36,399 nucleotides of DNA from Candidatus Omnitrophota bacterium (GTDB lineage Bacteria; Omnitrophota; Gorgyraeia; 2-01-FULL-45-10). The translations under genes were made by a program, and so were the position numbers. The notes under the pieces were generated by a model. It did not search any database. It was not told the DNA's origin and worked only from the letters and a program-made list of their open reading frames with translations. The stretch covers positions 1 to 36,399 of the forward strand of contig JAPLMI010000128.1 in NCBI GenBank assembly GCA_026387115.1, in the 5' to 3' direction. The stretch's first letter is position 1. Every line of letters begins with the position of its first letter. This document shows positions 36,045-36,399 of the stretch, piece by piece.

Positions 36045-36148
36045 ACTTTAAAGGTATTTCGGCGGCTAAAGGTCCTTCAGCGGCTACAATGTTCCTGTTC
36101 GTCGCATTGTTTAACGCCGCTTCAGGATCAAACTTACTTCGTAAGTTT
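36045..36148 (-). repeat. Right structured inverted-repeat arm flanking the GIY-YIG gene
   Basis: On the minus strand it mirrors the left arm. The tRNA-abutting hairpin CAAACTTAC-GAA-GTAAGTTTG occupies 36148-36128. Next comes TCCT-GA-AGCGGC..ACAATG-[cgacgaacaggaa]-CATTGT..GCCGCT-GA-AGGA, then GAAGGACCTTTAGC and a second ACCTTTAAAG. Confidence 0.8.
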
Positions 36149-36224
36149 GGGGACGTAGTTCAGCTGGTTAGAACGTCAGATTGTCGATCTGAAGGTCGCG
36201 GGTTCGATCCCCGTCGTCCCCGCC
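36148..36224 (+). tRNA. tRNA-Asp (anticodon GTC), CCA encoded
   Basis: Hand-folded cloverleaf: acceptor GGGGACG/CGTCCCC, D arm GTTC-AGCTGGTTA-GAAC, anticodon arm TCAGA-TTGTCGA-TCTGA and T arm GCGGG-TTCGATC-CCCGT, ending in G-CCA. Confidence 0.9.
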
Positions 36225-36255
36225 AGTTTATTTAGGAAGCTTTAGAAACACGACG

Positions 36256-36300
36256 GAAACTCTATCCATTGTCGGTAATCCGACGGTGAATAGAGTTTTT
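36256..36300 (+). terminator. Rho-independent terminator after tRNA-Asp
   Basis: A long compound hairpin (AAACTCTAT...GTCGG-TAAT-CCGAC...ATAGAGTTT) runs into a T-rich tail (TTTTTTGTTTT). Confidence 0.8.
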
Positions 36301-36375
36301 TGTTTTCATGGTAATTTTGGGAATCTTGGTAATTTAGACACATCCTGTCACGTTCTGTCACGCTATGCCTCCCCC

Positions 36376-36399
36376 GTCATTCCCGCGAAAGCGGGAATC
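36376..36399. repeat. GC-rich perfect palindrome at the window edge (truncated context)
   Basis: GTC-ATTCCCGC-GAAA-GCGGGAAT-C has an 8-bp stem and a GAAA loop. It has the ATTCCC-N8-GGGAAT form of small dispersed palindromic repeats known from other bacteria. Only one copy is visible in this window. Confidence 0.4.

Noticed and set aside
36376-36399. Palindromic 24-mer considered as a possible CRISPR repeat
   Set aside because: Only one copy is visible, there is no repeat-spacer periodicity and no cas genes occur in the window. It is recorded only as a palindromic repeat.

Overview
This 36.4-kb window is almost entirely coding and comes from a diderm-type bacterium. All calls rest on hand-read motifs and hand alignment; no database search was possible. 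The window has four blocks.

(1) nt 1-21470 is a same-strand, tightly packed surface-glycan assembly operon with ten 4-nt ATGA start/stop overlaps. It encodes 11 glycosyltransferases (GT2-type, GT4-type, one CgeB-like) and a WecA/MraY-type priming transferase. It also encodes a B12-binding radical SAM enzyme, three SAM methyltransferases (one FkbM-type), a PIG-L/LmbE deacetylase, an SGNH hydrolase, a NodU/CmcH carbamoyltransferase and a Wzy-like polymerase.

(2) nt 21475-27538 has its own near-consensus promoter followed by an export module. The module encodes an outer-membrane beta-barrel protein with an internally duplicated N-terminus, a short Wza-like OPX protein, a Wzc-like tyrosine-kinase co-polymerase and an O-antigen-ligase-family/TPR membrane protein.

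(3) nt 27539-28279 (minus strand) encodes a secreted protein of unrecognised family, transcribed divergently from block 4.

(4) Block 4 is a PyrR-attenuated pyrimidine operon: pyrR-pyrB-pyrC-[endonuclease Q-like PHP protein]-pyrK-pyrD-pyrF-pyrE. It runs without a gap into tRNA-Val(TAC), then a small GIY-YIG gene bracketed by structured inverted repeats, then tRNA-Asp(GTC) and a strong intrinsic terminator.

No rRNA, CRISPR array, transposase, integrase or recognisable defence gene was seen.

The most noteworthy observations are:
- the GIY-YIG cassette with covarying hairpin arms that fills the tRNA spacer;
- an EndoQ-like uracil/hypoxanthine DNA endonuclease translationally coupled inside the pyr operon;
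- a G8 tract at codons 12-14 of the polymerase gene;
- an AT-rich codon-usage patch inside pyrK;
- a recent tandem duplication in the OM barrel protein.
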